Source: Tubiluchus corallicola (lineage: Eukaryota > Animalia > Priapulida). Taken from it: a stretch of DNA of 62,095 nt. Of this stretch, positions 1-14,074 are shown one piece after another (positions within the stretch are counted from its first letter, which is position 1; each line of letters begins with the position of its first letter). The notes beneath the pieces are model-generated. The model saw only the letters and a list, made by a program, of their open reading frames with translations, was not told the origin of the DNA and did no database searches. The position numbers were made by a program, and so were the translations under genes. The stretch lies in NCBI GenBank assembly GCA_030141605.1, contig JAQGDQ010001112.1, positions 1 through 62,095 of the forward strand. Reading direction: 5' to 3'.

Positions 1-578
1 GCTGCTGTTAAATGTGTCACTGTATTCTTTGTGCACGAGACTAAATCATTAAATGGACCTTCGATTGATCCGCCTCAGCAATATGGCCTGTCTTTGAAAA
101 TGCTGTTAAACGCTTCCTAGTTAATTTTGTTACACTCTTTCGCAGCTGAGAGGAAATCTATCAGCTTGAATGGGTTTGGGGATCTGTTACAACATGCATT
201 GATTGTGGGCAACTGTGATATTTAATCTGGCTTCCTTAGTTTCCTAGTCTGGCTTCTTTAGTTTCTTAGTTCTATTGTAATTCTCATCGTACATTGATCG
301 TACTGAAGTGTTGGGTTATGACCTGCTTTCTTGGTATCAAAATAAAAAATGAGTCATAATATCAAACAGTGAAGTTAATGCCATTAGGGTAAAATGGAAC
401 ACTGCCTATAGAAAAATATTCGGTTTTAGACAAAATGAAAGCGTGAAATTGTTAATGTATTTTTGTGGCTCAATGCCGGCGAATTATTTAATAGATAGTC
501 GAAAATTAAATTTAAACGAATGAAATTTTTTGTCATCAAATAACCGAATTTATTTTGAATAATTTTTGAGTCGTAATT

Positions 579-1266
<688 letters not shown>

Positions 1267-1859
1267 GAAATCTTATCTCGGCTGAACGGCGTTTCATTTC
1301 ATTACGATGCTCATTTCGTCGGCTGATATCACTTCCGCAAGCTAATTTACATAATGAGATTCGTATCCCAGCCGAATCCTGAAAAATCACGTGTTACTTA
1401 TCAACAAACTCAAACTGAATTCCAGTTTATGATGAATATAGATGATTTATAATAGCAAGCGCGTCTACTTTTTGAGTTTTTCGTGAATTTATACAATTCG
1501 TCGAAAAACTTTTAATTACAAAGATGGAGAATGAAAAAAACTGCAGCTTGTAATGGATTCTGTGGGTTCATAAATAAGTTATGGATTAACACATTAAGAG
1601 ATGTCTCTTAGGAGATGGAACGCAGTAATTATTGTTTTTATTTGGGAGTTTTGAAATTACTTTTACAGTCTAAGCAATGTGCAAGTTTGACGGACAGTGT
1701 GATCTCCTCTTTACTTGAATATTGTCTGCTGAACGCTTTTTAATTAACATTTTTCTTATCTTTGTTATCCTTAAAATCCAAAAAAATCCTTATTATTCTA
1801 TCCTTACTTTGAATCTTCATTTCTCCTGTTTTTTTGCTTTTACTATCATTTTTACACTT

Positions 1860-2340
1860 ATCATCATCGTCATCATCACCATTATCGTCGTCGTCGTCAT
1901 CATCATTATCAACAACACAATTGCCATCACCATCATCACCATCATCAACAACACAATCGCCATCGCCATCATCATTATCATCATCATCATCATATCACCA
2001 TCGTCGTCGTCATCATCATCATCATAATCATCATCATCATCATCAACAGCAACACAATCGCCATCACCATCATCATTATCATAATCATCATCATAGTCGT
2101 CTTGTCGTCGTCGTCATCATCACCATCGACATCACCATCACCATCACCACCATCACCATCATCATCATCATCATCATCATCATCATTATCGTCGTCATGA
2201 TCATCATCCTCGTCGTCGTCATCATGATCATCATGATCATCATGATCATCATCATCACCATCATCATCATCACCACCACCACCACCACCACCATCATCAT
2301 CATCAACATCATCATCATCATCATCATCATATTTATCATC
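1860..2340. repeat. (CAT/CAC/CGT)n trinucleotide tract
   Basis: Seen directly; mirror ~59777-60250. Confidence 0.97.
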
Positions 2341-2859
2341 GTCTTTTACTCTCCTTCTTTTTCCGTTTTTGCGTATTTTCTTCCTTTACTGTATCTTCTA
2401 GCGAATCGTTATGACATGAAAGACTTGCACGCGTTTAGTGACTATTATAATTCCCAAATGATCAGTTTAGCCGCGTATGCTACACACTTGTATTTAAATT
2501 GAGTGCTACTCAAATATTTGTTGAGTGTCAGCCAATATTGAAAATCAAGTTAGAATTTAATCAAACCGTGTGCCGTTTGATGGCACCATGTATGTATTCC
2601 AGGAGGAATGTGTGCTTATTGACTTTAGTTAGTCCAACTTTGGCTTCTAGTTCTACTTTGGCTTCTAGTTCTACTTTGGCTTAGTACATTCGCTGCATTA
2701 TATACGTGCTATATTAACGATAGTAAGCTTCATTTGTGATAGGTCTGATAGTCAAGTTGATACATTAATTTAACGATACTCTGTGTAAGTGTTGATAAAC
2801 AAACTCATGATCAATTATGCTCTTGCTAGCGAGATTTCTCGCCAAGTTAAACCGCCAAG

Positions 2860-3890
2860 TAACTCGGAAGCATGTTCAGTCTTGAGAGTAACTCGCAAAG
2901 CAGTTCACACTTGCAAGTAACTCGGATGCATGTTCAGACTAGAGAGCAGAATTTGCTAAGAGATACTGTAAGCGCGAGCTGACACTTTTTTCTTTATTTA
3001 CCGAGAGAAGTATTGCGTGTACAGAGTAACTCGCCAAAGCGTTCACACTAGACAGTAACTCGGAAGCATGTTCAGACTAGAGAGCAACTCGCTAAGCACT
3101 TCACACTAGACAGTAACTCGGATGCATGTTCAGACTAGAGAGCAGAATTTGCTACGAGTTACTGTAAGCGCGAGCTGACATTTTTTTCTTTATTTACCGA
3201 GAGAAGTATCGCGTGTACAGAGTAACTCGCCAAAGCGTTCACACAACACAGTAACTCGCAAAGCAGTTCACACTTGCAAGTAACTCAGAAGCATGTTCAG
3301 GCTAGAGAGCAGAATTTGCTAAGAGTTACTCTAAGTGCGAGCTGACACTTTTTTCTTTATTTACCGAAAGAAGTATCGCGTGTACAGAGTAACTCGCCAA
3401 AGCGTTCACACTAGACAGTAACTAGCAAAGCAGTTCCCACTAGACAGTAACTCGCCAAAGCGTTCACACTAGACAGTAACTCGCAGAAAACACTACTCCC
3501 AGCAACTGTCGAAGAGTTTGCAATAATTTGTCGGCAGTAACTCGCCAAAGCGTTCGCACTAGACAGTAACTAGCAAAGCAGTTCCCACTAGACAGTAACT
3601 CGCCAAAGCGTTCACACTAGACAGTAACTCGCAGAAAACACTACTCCCAGCAACTGTCGAAGAGTTTGCAATAATTTGTCGGCAGTAACTCGCCAAAGCG
3701 TTCGCACTAGACAGTAACTAGCAAAGCAGTTCCCACTAGACAGTAACTCGCCAAAGCGTTCACACTAGACAGTAACTCGCAGAAAACACTACTCCCAGCA
3801 ACTGTCGAAGAGTTTGCAATAATTTGTCGGCAGTAACTCGCCAAAGCGTTCACACTAGACAGTAACTAGCAAAGCAGTTCACACTTGCAA
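2860..3890. repeat. Composite minisatellite: ~29-bp subunits with 148-bp higher-order units
   Basis: AGTAACTCGCCAAAGCGTTCACACTAGAC variants; AACTGTCGAAGAG at 3504, 3652 and 3800. Mirror ~58235-59265. Confidence 0.9.
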
Positions 3891-4134
3891 GTTTGAGGTC
3901 AGAGAGAGATGAAAACTTGCGACAGAAAGCTTCTTAAATCTAGAGACCTAAACATTTTTTAACATCTTTAAAAAATTAAAAACGAAGACATTGAAAGTGA
4001 AAAAGTTTAAGTATCTTAGCAACGAATTCTACACTGAAACGAGAAAGCTCATGTAATGTTTATAACGGGTCGAGTTAATATTCTTTGTAAGTGCTTTCCC
4101 AACGATATTTTATTGTTACCAGGCAGCCACCTTA

Positions 4135-4741
4135 GGCCTATTTCACAGTGAGGACCCGCGTCAAAATCCCCCGTGCAATTCTTCGTGAGCAGTTCTACCG
4201 CCAGCTAGAAGCAATGCGTCCTCCTCGTGAGGAATTTTGCTGCATGGTAGAAATACTACATGCTCCAGGAATCTTTCCGAAATTCAATCTTAAATTTAAC
4301 TACTCAATTACTTCTTTCTTATTTAACGAACAATATTTAACACATTTCAGCATAAAAGTCTCAGATTTAATTTCATGTTTTATTAATGCAACATCGGTGG
4401 CTATACATTCGTGAAAAAGCAACGAAGGCATATATTTATTTTATACATGTATATTTTCAGATTTTGAAGTAGTTAGTAGAACTTTACTAAAAAAACAAAC
4501 ATGTCTGACATTACATTAACTAACATTATTAATTGCACTTTGTATATGAGAAATACAGCAAGTATAACTTAATTCAGACATGATTATACAGTATAAAACT
4601 CGCAAAGTAACTGCAGCAAACTGAACGCGAGGTTTCACTGTGAAATGATATTTCTTGCTGTATGGAACTTCGAGAAAAATCGGAAATTCTCGGAATTCTC
4701 CGTGCGTCATTTTTCCTTGCTTCCTCACTGTGAAATGGACC
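4135..4741. mobile_element. PIF/Harbinger-like MITE
   Basis: TIRs GGCCTATTTCACAGTGAGGA / TCCTCACTGTGAAATGGACC (18/20), TTA on both flanks, no transposase. Mirror 57384-57990. Confidence 0.8.
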
Positions 4742-4888
4742 TTACAATGATTCTATGAACCATTAACCGAATTAGCCACCTTAGTCATTTTCTGAACTAG
4801 CCACTTTTTTCCGTCACTGTAACATAATAAATTAAAATATTTTTAAATCAAACATTTATTTGCTCAACTTAACTGCAAATATATACAA

Positions 4889-5155
<267 letters not shown>

Positions 5156-5754
5156 TGATGTGATACATGATAGACATGATGTGTATATCCATAAAGTTGT
5201 GTTAATTACCTCAGTTTTTATTTAGAAACTTAGGAAATAAAGCTGATTGAATTAATTTATTGTCTGTACCTCATTACTCACTAATGCTATCTGTGATCAT
5301 TTACTATATTAGCATATTAAAAGGAGGGCTGAGTTGCTGACCTTTTGGTCAGTTCACTATCCTCTGTCCTTTTCACTCATTACTAACAATTAGGCCCCAT
5401 TTTCCGGTATAATATTCAACTATTGCACCCTTACAGACTGCAAGTGCTTTCTGTACATTTGTAAATGGGAGAAAATAATAAATTTCAATTTAATTCAATT
5501 CAATTCAGTCATGATTAACTGAATAACCTGTCTTTGAAAGTTATATTCACCATCGAAATTTTAATTTGTTATCGTGTTTAGTAATGCTGTACTAATTTAT
5601 CCATACTTTATCAAGTAATCACGTGTCATTAGTGGACTGTCTGAGATGCAGGTAGTTTCCTTTAATTCACTGAGTGTCGTCAGAGTTAGAATCAGGACTT
5701 GTTTCAGTAGGCTAGATAATCTTGCTAATGAATCATTCATTACTGCAGGGTTAA

Positions 5755-6125
5755 TAACTTTAAATTTAAAACAAATCAAGTCTTTCGACGAATTCAAATC
5801 AAAATTAAAAATACATACATTAAATCGTTTTGAAAACCCAACATACGTAAACGATAATATATATTCATCCACAAATTTTATTTACCCACGTCCATTTTAA
5901 ATTATATCTATATATTATATATAGTCTATTATAATTTTCGTGTAATATTATAATGTATATTTTGTTTTAAATTTTTGGCACAGTAGTTTTTAGTTCGCAC
6001 TGGACGCATTTGCCTTTAACAGTTGTGTGAATTTTATTCTCATTCTGCGATGTTCTTTTATGGTTTTATAGTTATGAATATCGATTTTTTATGACAAATA
6101 AAGATTATATATATATATATATATA
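5755..6125 (+). mobile_element. Non-LTR retrotransposon (CR1/L2-like) 3' end
   Basis: ORF end LKQIKSFDEFKSKLKIHTLNRFENPTYVNDNIYSSTNFIYPRPF*; 3'UTR with GCACTGGACGCATTTG, AATAAA and a (TA)n tail. Confidence 0.6.
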
Positions 6126-6239
6126 ATAGCATTTTTGTTTCGCAAACTTTCCACGTTTTCCTATCATTTCTTTAAAACGTTGCGCCTTTCCAGACTTTCG
6201 GGAATGTTCCTTCTAGACGTGAATTCACAGATTTTTTTA

Positions 6240-6737
6240 TATTATATTAATTCTTTATTTGTCATTAAAATGGTTCACTCATTATAATAAAATTGAGTAA
6301 GCCTCAGCGTAATGTTAAGATAACACCACTGTTCAAGACAAATGCGTCCAGTGCAGACTAAAAAAAATTTAAAGTGCAAAACTAAGGCCTAATTATATAC
6401 AATAAATGAACATATTTACAAACACAATATTAAAATATTTTTATAAAACGATATTACAAAAGTACATTAAATTTTACATAACATATTTTACGCTATCTAT
6501 ACATTTGACATGACACAATTAACAGAAACATGCTTTACATTACATAAATTTCACTCATTACATCTACACTATTTATACATTTGACATTAAAAACTGACAT
6601 AACACGTATTACATTACAAAATTTTTTACAATATGGAGTCAGTGGCAGGGGTAGATGAAAGTTGAGTCTGTGTAATTAGTATCAGATGCACAATGTGGAA
6701 GTTGAAACCTGTTATATTGATATTCTTTTAATTGTGA
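6240..6737 (-). mobile_element. Related non-LTR retrotransposon 3' end, tail-to-tail with 5755-6125
   Basis: Minus-strand SQLKEYQYNRFQLPHCASDTNYTDSTFIYPCH*; shares the GCACTGGACGCATTTG and ATGACAAATAAAGA motifs. Confidence 0.6.
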
Positions 6738-7195
6738 GAACAATGGCTGCTCGTAGGATGTGAGGACAATGGCTGCCCAGAGTTACTACGTTTGGGACTC
6801 TTGGAAGGAGATATACGGCTCCTTAGAAAGAGGAATGACAGGGCTACACGATGATGTGGGCTATATTTTAGGACAGGTCCACCAAGAGGAGTATCGACGA
6901 GTTAATTATAAGTTCTATTTTCGGGAATTTTTGCTTGGAAAACTGCTGACGCAAAGCCATTGTTGTGACGTCATCCATTATACTCTGCCTATAGCTTTAA
7001 TTCAGTAAAAGCTGCTACTGGCGTTATAAGTGAGGACTGTGTAGGATGTTCGCGTATTATTGATGATAAGTGTAATTATACGCAAAATTTTTTGCGTGGC
7101 CTTTGCTAGTCAACGATACTGCGGCACCGAGTGTGAATTCAAAATGTATTTTGCACCTTTACCTTTTCTTAAACTGATTTTGTGTTTTTTTACAG

Positions 7196-7286
7196 CGCAT
7201 CCTCGTTTCTTTAATCAACTTTCTAGTGGCATAGATATAGTCAGTCTTGCCGGAGAATGGTTAACGGCTGCGGCAAATACAAACAT
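7196..7286 (+). CDS. GAD: GAD exon (A)[30 protein letters not shown]
   Basis: tacag|CGCAT...AACAT|gtgagt; 91 nt; mirror 54840-54930. Confidence 0.93.
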
Positions 7287-7722
7287 GTGAGTATGAAAAC
7301 GGCTTTTGTTTTTCACACCTTGCAGTTTTGTACCGGTAGTATTTAAGATTGTATTTATTGTCTCGGGAGTAGTGAGCTTGACAAATAATCAGGTTTTGGC
7401 TAGCTTTCTCGCCTGCTTCCTCAGGGTAGTTTGACGCAAGTACGTTTTCAGTTCTTTTACATGGTCTGCGCGCGCGCACAATCGTACGTTATTAACAGTT
7501 GCTTGATAGGTTATACTTGCTTTTGAAGCAGCACGAAAGATATGCAACATACGATTCGTTTACGTGCGTGCCCGCGCGTAGTGTGTGTGCGTGCGTGCGC
7601 GCGTGTGTGCGTGCGTACGTGCGTGTGCGTGCGCGGGTGTGCGTACGTGTGTGTGCGTGTGTGTGCGTGCGTGCGTGTGCGGGTGCGGGTGCGGGTGTGC
7701 GTACGTGTGAGTATTTCTTTGC

Positions 7723-8307
7723 TTCCCTTTAACTACAGTTAGTACATATTAAGTTTATAGATAGCTTTGCCTTAAACGTGGGGAAAACTAACTTCCCTTT
7801 AACTACAGTTAGTATATATTAAGTTAAGAGATAGTGTTGCCTCTTAACTTGGCTCCTATGCATGGGGAACTTTACTTCCTTTTAACTACAGTTAGTACAT
7901 ATTAAGTTTAGAGATAGCTTTGCCTCTTAACGTGGGGAAAACTTTACTTCCTTTTAACTACAGTTAGTACATATTAAGTTTAGAGATAGTTTTGACTCTT
8001 AACGTGGGGAAAACTAACTTCCCTTTAACTACAGTTTGTACATATTAAGTTTATAGATAGCTTTGCCTCTAAACGTGGGGAAAACTAACTTCCCTTTAAC
8101 TACAGTTAGTACATATTAAGTTTATAAACGTGGGGAAAAACTAACTTCCCTTTAACTACAGTTAGTACATCTTAAACGTGGGGAAAAACTAACTTCCCTT
8201 TAACTACAGTTAGTACATACTTAAACGTGGGGAAAAACTAACTTCCCTTTAACTACAGTTAGTACATATTAAGTTTAGAGATAGTTTTGACTCTTAACGT
8301 GGGGAAA
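7723..8307. repeat. ~50-70-bp minisatellite
   Basis: Repeated CTTCCCTTTAACTACAGTTAGTACATATTAAG...AACGTGGGGAAAACTAA; mirror ~53833-54403. Confidence 0.92.
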
Positions 8308-9609
8308 GAGCTGCTCGGTCAACTTTCACGACCGTCGCGTCTTTCTCAACGAGTTATTTCCTGTCTCGGACTTTATACCAGGTCTATTCATTAAACAGTT
8401 ACACTGTTAATGATGCGATAAGACAAGTTTCCTATATACGTACTTGCACAATAAACTACATAAATAATTATGAACTCTTTCTTTAAGTACTTTGTACAGT
8501 TATTTATACAGAGCAAATATTAATTTGCTTTATTCGTGAATTAGTTTCCGACACTTGCTTGACATTGGGTAGCATTTGAAGGTTAATATCACACCAGGGG
8601 GTAACTATACGTCACATCCCCCTACTGTTTAAAAATGGATCAGTCCGATTTTGCCATCGCTTGGGCGTTTAATAAAGTCTTCAGCAGCATCTTCGCGCAA
8701 AATTCCTCTATTCCTGAACGTTTCAATGGCTCTCAATGTCTAATATGAGCTCCACATTGGAACGGCTTGATGCTTAGAATGTCAATAAGCCGGGCAGCTG
8801 CGGCGCGTAGCAGAATAATTACTGAAAATCTACCATCTCTATCAGTAACGTCAAACTGGCTACTTTTTATACTAAAAGTTTCACGAAAAACGAAACATCT
8901 GTGGGAGTTACTAAGTGTATTAAGTGTAGATAATTTCTTTCTTTTTTTGTTCCGCACACAATTTATGGTACTAATAATTAAAACTGTGGAAACCTCTTCG
9001 TAATTTGCTTTTTTACAATGAAAGATAGATTGATTTGTCATATATATATATATATATAGATCAAAAACTTAGTTAACGGCGAGCGAGCCCAACTATTGAT
9101 GACATCACAAACTAACATAATTTTCAACAGCAAAAATATTCCACGAGCGTGTTGCACGTGTTTGCGAAAGTGAAAATTGAAGTACAATGCTACTGTGAGA
9201 TATTCAGTGTGTTGTACTAAAACTAGGCATGTTTTAAGATGAAAATTCAAAATTTACCACTGTGCTCACGTATAAACTGTCGAACGTATGTAGTTCGTCA
9301 CAAACTAACACATTTGAAATGAGATGTACAGTACCTGTTCTTTCTGCCGTACGTTTCCGAAATGTAATATATATATATATATATATGACAAATCAATCTA
9401 TCTTTCATTGTAAAAAAAGTATATATGTATATATGTATGTTAACATATGGAATGCACGAATTACTAAAATGATTATCCTCAGAATGAATATATTAAATTA
9501 TTCTATTTAGTCTATTTAGCTGTTTGGCTGAATAAATTTTGCAAGTAAACTGTTCAGTGAGTAATGTTGTAAGACAAAGTATTGAATTTTTGACACCCCG
9601 TTTGAGTAA

Positions 9610-9830
9610 CAGCTCACTTATTTTGCCAACTCAAGTCAGTCTGGTGCAAACTAGAACTAACGATAAACATGGAAATGATTCTTTATCCAAACAAGCCGTT
9701 TTATTATGGAATATTCTGTCGAGACACAACAACCTTTTCTAACTTTAAAATAAAATTAAAAGATCTTCAATACCCGAACTACCAACACGATAATATCATC
9801 CAAAGTGACTACTTTTATTCCCGTCCATAA
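9610..9830 (+). mobile_element. Non-LTR retrotransposon ORF2 C-terminal relic
   Basis: [26 protein letters not shown], then after a frameshift [29 protein letters not shown]; the LWN.L...FK.KLK pattern is typical of CR1/L2 ORF2 ends. Confidence 0.55.
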
Positions 9831-9979
9831 CCGTGAAAATTAATTTTTTTATTTTTTACTTGATCGACAACTCAAACATAATTCTGTTGCGTAATGTATG
9901 TAAAAATGTACGTGTGATAAATGTATGTAATGTAAATATAAAATGATTTGTTTAGTGTCTGTATGTAGTAAATGTTACA

Positions 9980-10563
9980 GGAAGACAGGATGATTTTTCA
10001 TATACTATCCCATTTTCAAGTCCGATAAAAAGGGATACATTTTAAAACCAATTATATTGGAAAAGCGTTTTGATAGTTAATTTCAATAATAAATCAAAAA
10101 CTTAATTAACCGCGGGCGAACCCAACTATTGATGACATCACAAACTAACATAACAGCAAAAGTATTCCACGAGCGTGTTGCACGTGTTTGTGAAAGTGAA
10201 AATTGAAGTACAGTGTTACTGTAAGATATTCAATGTGTTGTACTAAAACTAGGCAAGTTTTAAGATGAAAATTCAAAATTTACCACTGTGCTCACGTATA
10301 AACTGTCGAACGTATGTAGTTCGTCACAAACTAACACATTTGAAATGAGATGTACAGTACCTGTTGTTTCTGCAGTGCGTTTCCGAAATGCAGGCGCTAG
10401 TGCCCGTCTAACTAGTGAATGGCGAAATGCAAGTAACAGCGAAGAACTAGTGAAATTGTGTGTTTGTGTGGTAATAATTCGTTCACGTAAGTCATTTTTG
10501 AAAAAACTGAACGTCTCCTTTCAATACTTTAAAGAGTAGATTGTTTTCACTTGCAGTTTAAGA
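9980..10563. repeat. Unclassified ~590-bp interspersed repeat family
   Basis: GAAGACAGGATGATTT...TGCAGTTTAAGAT; other copies at 27381-27980 and, partially, 9061-9365 (plus mirrors). Confidence 0.85.
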
Positions 10564-10980
10564 TGGGGTTCGGTTTTATTTTAATGTTACTAAGTACGTA
10601 GTGTTAGTTTTGCACATGACGCATTTGTCTTATTTAATACGCTTAATTAGTTTGCGCTTTTGTTCTTTTAATACGCTGCATTACGAACCATAATGCAACC
10701 GGATTCAGTAGATGACTCACTTCCGACGTTTTGAATGATCCAGAAAACTGATTCGTGCTCCCCCTGCAAACTGATTAGGACAATACGCCTTGCTAGTTAC
10801 ACAGAGGAAGGACCCTAACGCGGCGTACGACAGCGCCTTACGGAAGATTAAAGACGCCTTATGGCTTACGGATTATGCATTATTGCTTGAGCCTTTCTCT
10901 GTGTGACACGGGCTTTACAGTGTTTTATGCACTAATGAATGTCATATACAGATGTGTGAAGGATTTTAGGTTATTTTTTA

Positions 10981-10992
10981 AGTAAGTGAGTG

Positions 10993-11024
<32 letters not shown>

Positions 11025-11041
11025 GGCAGGTATATAGGTAG

Positions 11042-11079
<38 letters not shown>

Positions 11080-11105
11080 CAGTCAGTCAGTCAGTCAGTC
11101 AGTCA

Positions 11106-11156
<51 letters not shown>

Positions 11157-11594
11157 AGTCAGTCAGTAAGTAAGTAAGTAAGTAAGTAACCAAGTAAGTA
11201 AGTAAGCAAGCAAGCAAGCAAATAGTAATGAAGTTGTAGTCTCTCACAGATGTGTATTTTTAACATTTGTGATATGCAATTTCTTATAACTCAAATAAAG
11301 ATTTTGCGTGAGAACGAGCCACGCTTATGAGAATGAATATTAGCTGACTCACATTCATTAAGCTTCAATTACTAATCGATCATTTTAGTAACTGCACAAA
11401 TAATTCTAGTAAATTATTATTGTGCGCGACATGCACTAAATACAAGTCCAACAGTCTTTTAGATGTAATTTATGATTTTTTATTGTTCAAAATGGGCAAT
11501 CATCGTCTCATCCCAAAATCACTATCACATCATGACATATTTGACTGACTGACTGACTGACTGACTGACTGACTGACTGACTGACTGACTGACT

Positions 11595-11637
<43 letters not shown>

Positions 11638-11745
11638 TGACTGACTGACTGACTGACTGACTGACTGACTGACTGACTGACTGACTGACTGACTGACTGA
11701 CTGACTGACTGACTGACTGACTGACTGACTGACTGACTGACTGAC
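10981..11745. repeat. (TAAG)n/(TCAG)n tract at 10981-11220 and (TGAC)n tract at 11542-11745
   Basis: Seen directly. Confidence 0.95.
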
Positions 11746-12414
11746 ATATTATGAGCGACTCGACTTCGTTTTATCTGAAGCAAATAAAAACATTTTCTGC
11801 TAATCCAATGTCAAAAGGATAATTAACTGCTATAATGAAAATGTGTAATAATATTATGAAATATGAAGAAATCAAACTTACATCTTTGCCGCATCTTACT
11901 AACTTGCTAAAGAGAACTCGACTGACAAAATTTTGTTATAAAACGACACGACGTACTGAACAAGAATGACTTCTTTCCTATCCTGTCTGCAAAATGAGGC
12001 CAATGGCCTATTTCCTGTCCTAGCTCACCTGTCTATCAACAGCCTAAATTTGCAAAAAACAAACACAAGGAGGCACCACGTGCTTATATCCAAAACAATT
12101 ATACTTCCTGTAGCTGCAGAATCATCGAACATCTAAAGCCAACTTGCACATTTATCGTGCACTTATTATCCTCTGTCATTTTATAAACTCCAATTTCGAC
12201 AAAATCTATCATTGATATTCAGTTTTTCTGTTTTGCTTGCACGCTTACGCATATTTACGCACGCTTACGCACACAGCGCACGCACCATTGACCAACTGTA
12301 AGCAGCAGATAAGTGAAATACTCCCAAGTAATTCCACAAAAACTTCTAGTAATTTTTCATCGGGGTTTTACTATGCTGTCTGTATTAATAGCACATGGTT
12401 ACTTACTGTTTAAG

Positions 12415-12521
12415 GTTTACATACGAGATAGCGCCAGTGTTTATACTGATGGAGCATTACGTTCTGAGAAAAATGCGAGAAATCATCGGATGGTCGTTTG
12501 GTGACGGCATTTTCAACCCTG
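12415..12521 (+). CDS. GAD: GAD exon [35 protein letters not shown]
   Basis: ttaag|GTTTAC...CCTG|gtgagt; 107 nt; mirror 49676-49782. Confidence 0.93.
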
Positions 12522-12636
12522 GTGAGTCGACAAACGTCGAGTTTAGATTCGAATCCGAGCAATAATTCCTTAACTCTTTAGCTGCTCATGAATTCATTTA
12601 CGTAAAATGTGAATAAAAGTGTGAAGTAGTTCTATA

Positions 12637-12639
12637 ATA

Positions 12640-12671
<32 letters not shown>

Positions 12672-12852
12672 AATAATAATAGTAATAGTAATAGTAATAG
12701 TAATAGTAATAGTAATAGTAATAGTAATAGTAATAGTAATAGTAATAGTAATAGTAATAGTAATAGTAATAGTAATAGTAATAGTAATAGTAATAGTAAT
12801 AGTAATAGTAATAATAATAATAGTAATAATAATAATAATAATAGTAATCGTA

Positions 12853-12887
<35 letters not shown>

Positions 12888-12903
12888 TATAATAATAATA
12901 ATA
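12637..12903. repeat. (ATG)n-(ATAGTA)n-(ATA)n microsatellite
   Basis: Seen directly; mirror ~49293-49560. Confidence 0.97.
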
Positions 12904-14074
12904 ATCTTTTTTATTTATCTTGTAACACACACACACAGTTATAATACAATTAATTTGGAAACAGAAATGTGAAGAACGGGCAGCGAAAGACCAATTGGGG
13001 TCATCTAGTCAGCTGCCCTTTGGTTAGTGATGAACATTTTTTAAAGGCGCTATGCTACAGTGTGTTAGTGTTAGTACTGCTTATAATAAAAATTTAATTG
13101 TTACGAATGACATAAAATTGATATGCTTATAACGTGTTAGTACAATTCATACACAGTAATAATAAGTGCATGATAAAAAAATCAAACTGAAAATAACTGA
13201 AATAAGGACTGAAACAAGAACTGAAATAAAACTGAACTGAAATAAGAACTGAAATAAAAATCTGACAACAGAACATAATAACAATGGCAACTGAAATATA
13301 CTTTATAACACAAGCATAATTCTTAGACATAAGCAAGCGAAAGCATAATGGAAGTCTAACTAGAATAAGCTGCTTATCATCCTTTCAAACTCAATAGGCG
13401 AAGATCTAGTTAATTAACCATTTATGACGCGTATTTGCTGAAATATTTAAATAATTAATTAGCTATTAAGTTACCATAAAATTTATCTATAATTTCTACA
13501 AATAAACTGATTTCTACTAAGCTAAGAAGAAACGTAAAGCAATGTATGTGTTCAATTTTTAGGTGGACTCAAATGGCACGCGTTCAATTGTGGTTGAACT
13601 ACTTCTTTTTGTATTTACATATGCAGACGGTTGTCGATACTATATCACTGAAGTATTAATGCTCGTTGATAAAAAAAGCACAATGGTTACGATTTATTTA
13701 AATATAACAGAATGTGAGAGTCAATAACTCAATGATTAACTTTTCTCCATGTCGGGTCTGATTGGAGCCGAAAGTTGATCAACTACAATCGACTGTTTGT
13801 CACTTTCTCAAAATCGGGGTGGGATTTCAGAGGAAGTCACAGAACATCGGCGTGTCAAATCTCAGGACTTGAGACACATCATAGCAAACCAACCTACTAA
13901 TTTACCCATTTATTTCGAAACAACATGTACATATAAGCTGAAACCTTTTAAACATTAATTACTAATTACTGACTACTACTGAAGGAAGAAAAAGATGTAC
14001 AAATTTGAGTTATTGTGGGTTTGGTCAAAAGCAAAAAAATCAAGCGTTACTAAAACTGTTTTTCGTTGTCACAT

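Noticed and set aside
146-225. Candidate upstream GAD exon after ctctttcgcag
   Set aside because: No GAD similarity in any frame, and the open frame ends in a stop with no convincing donor.
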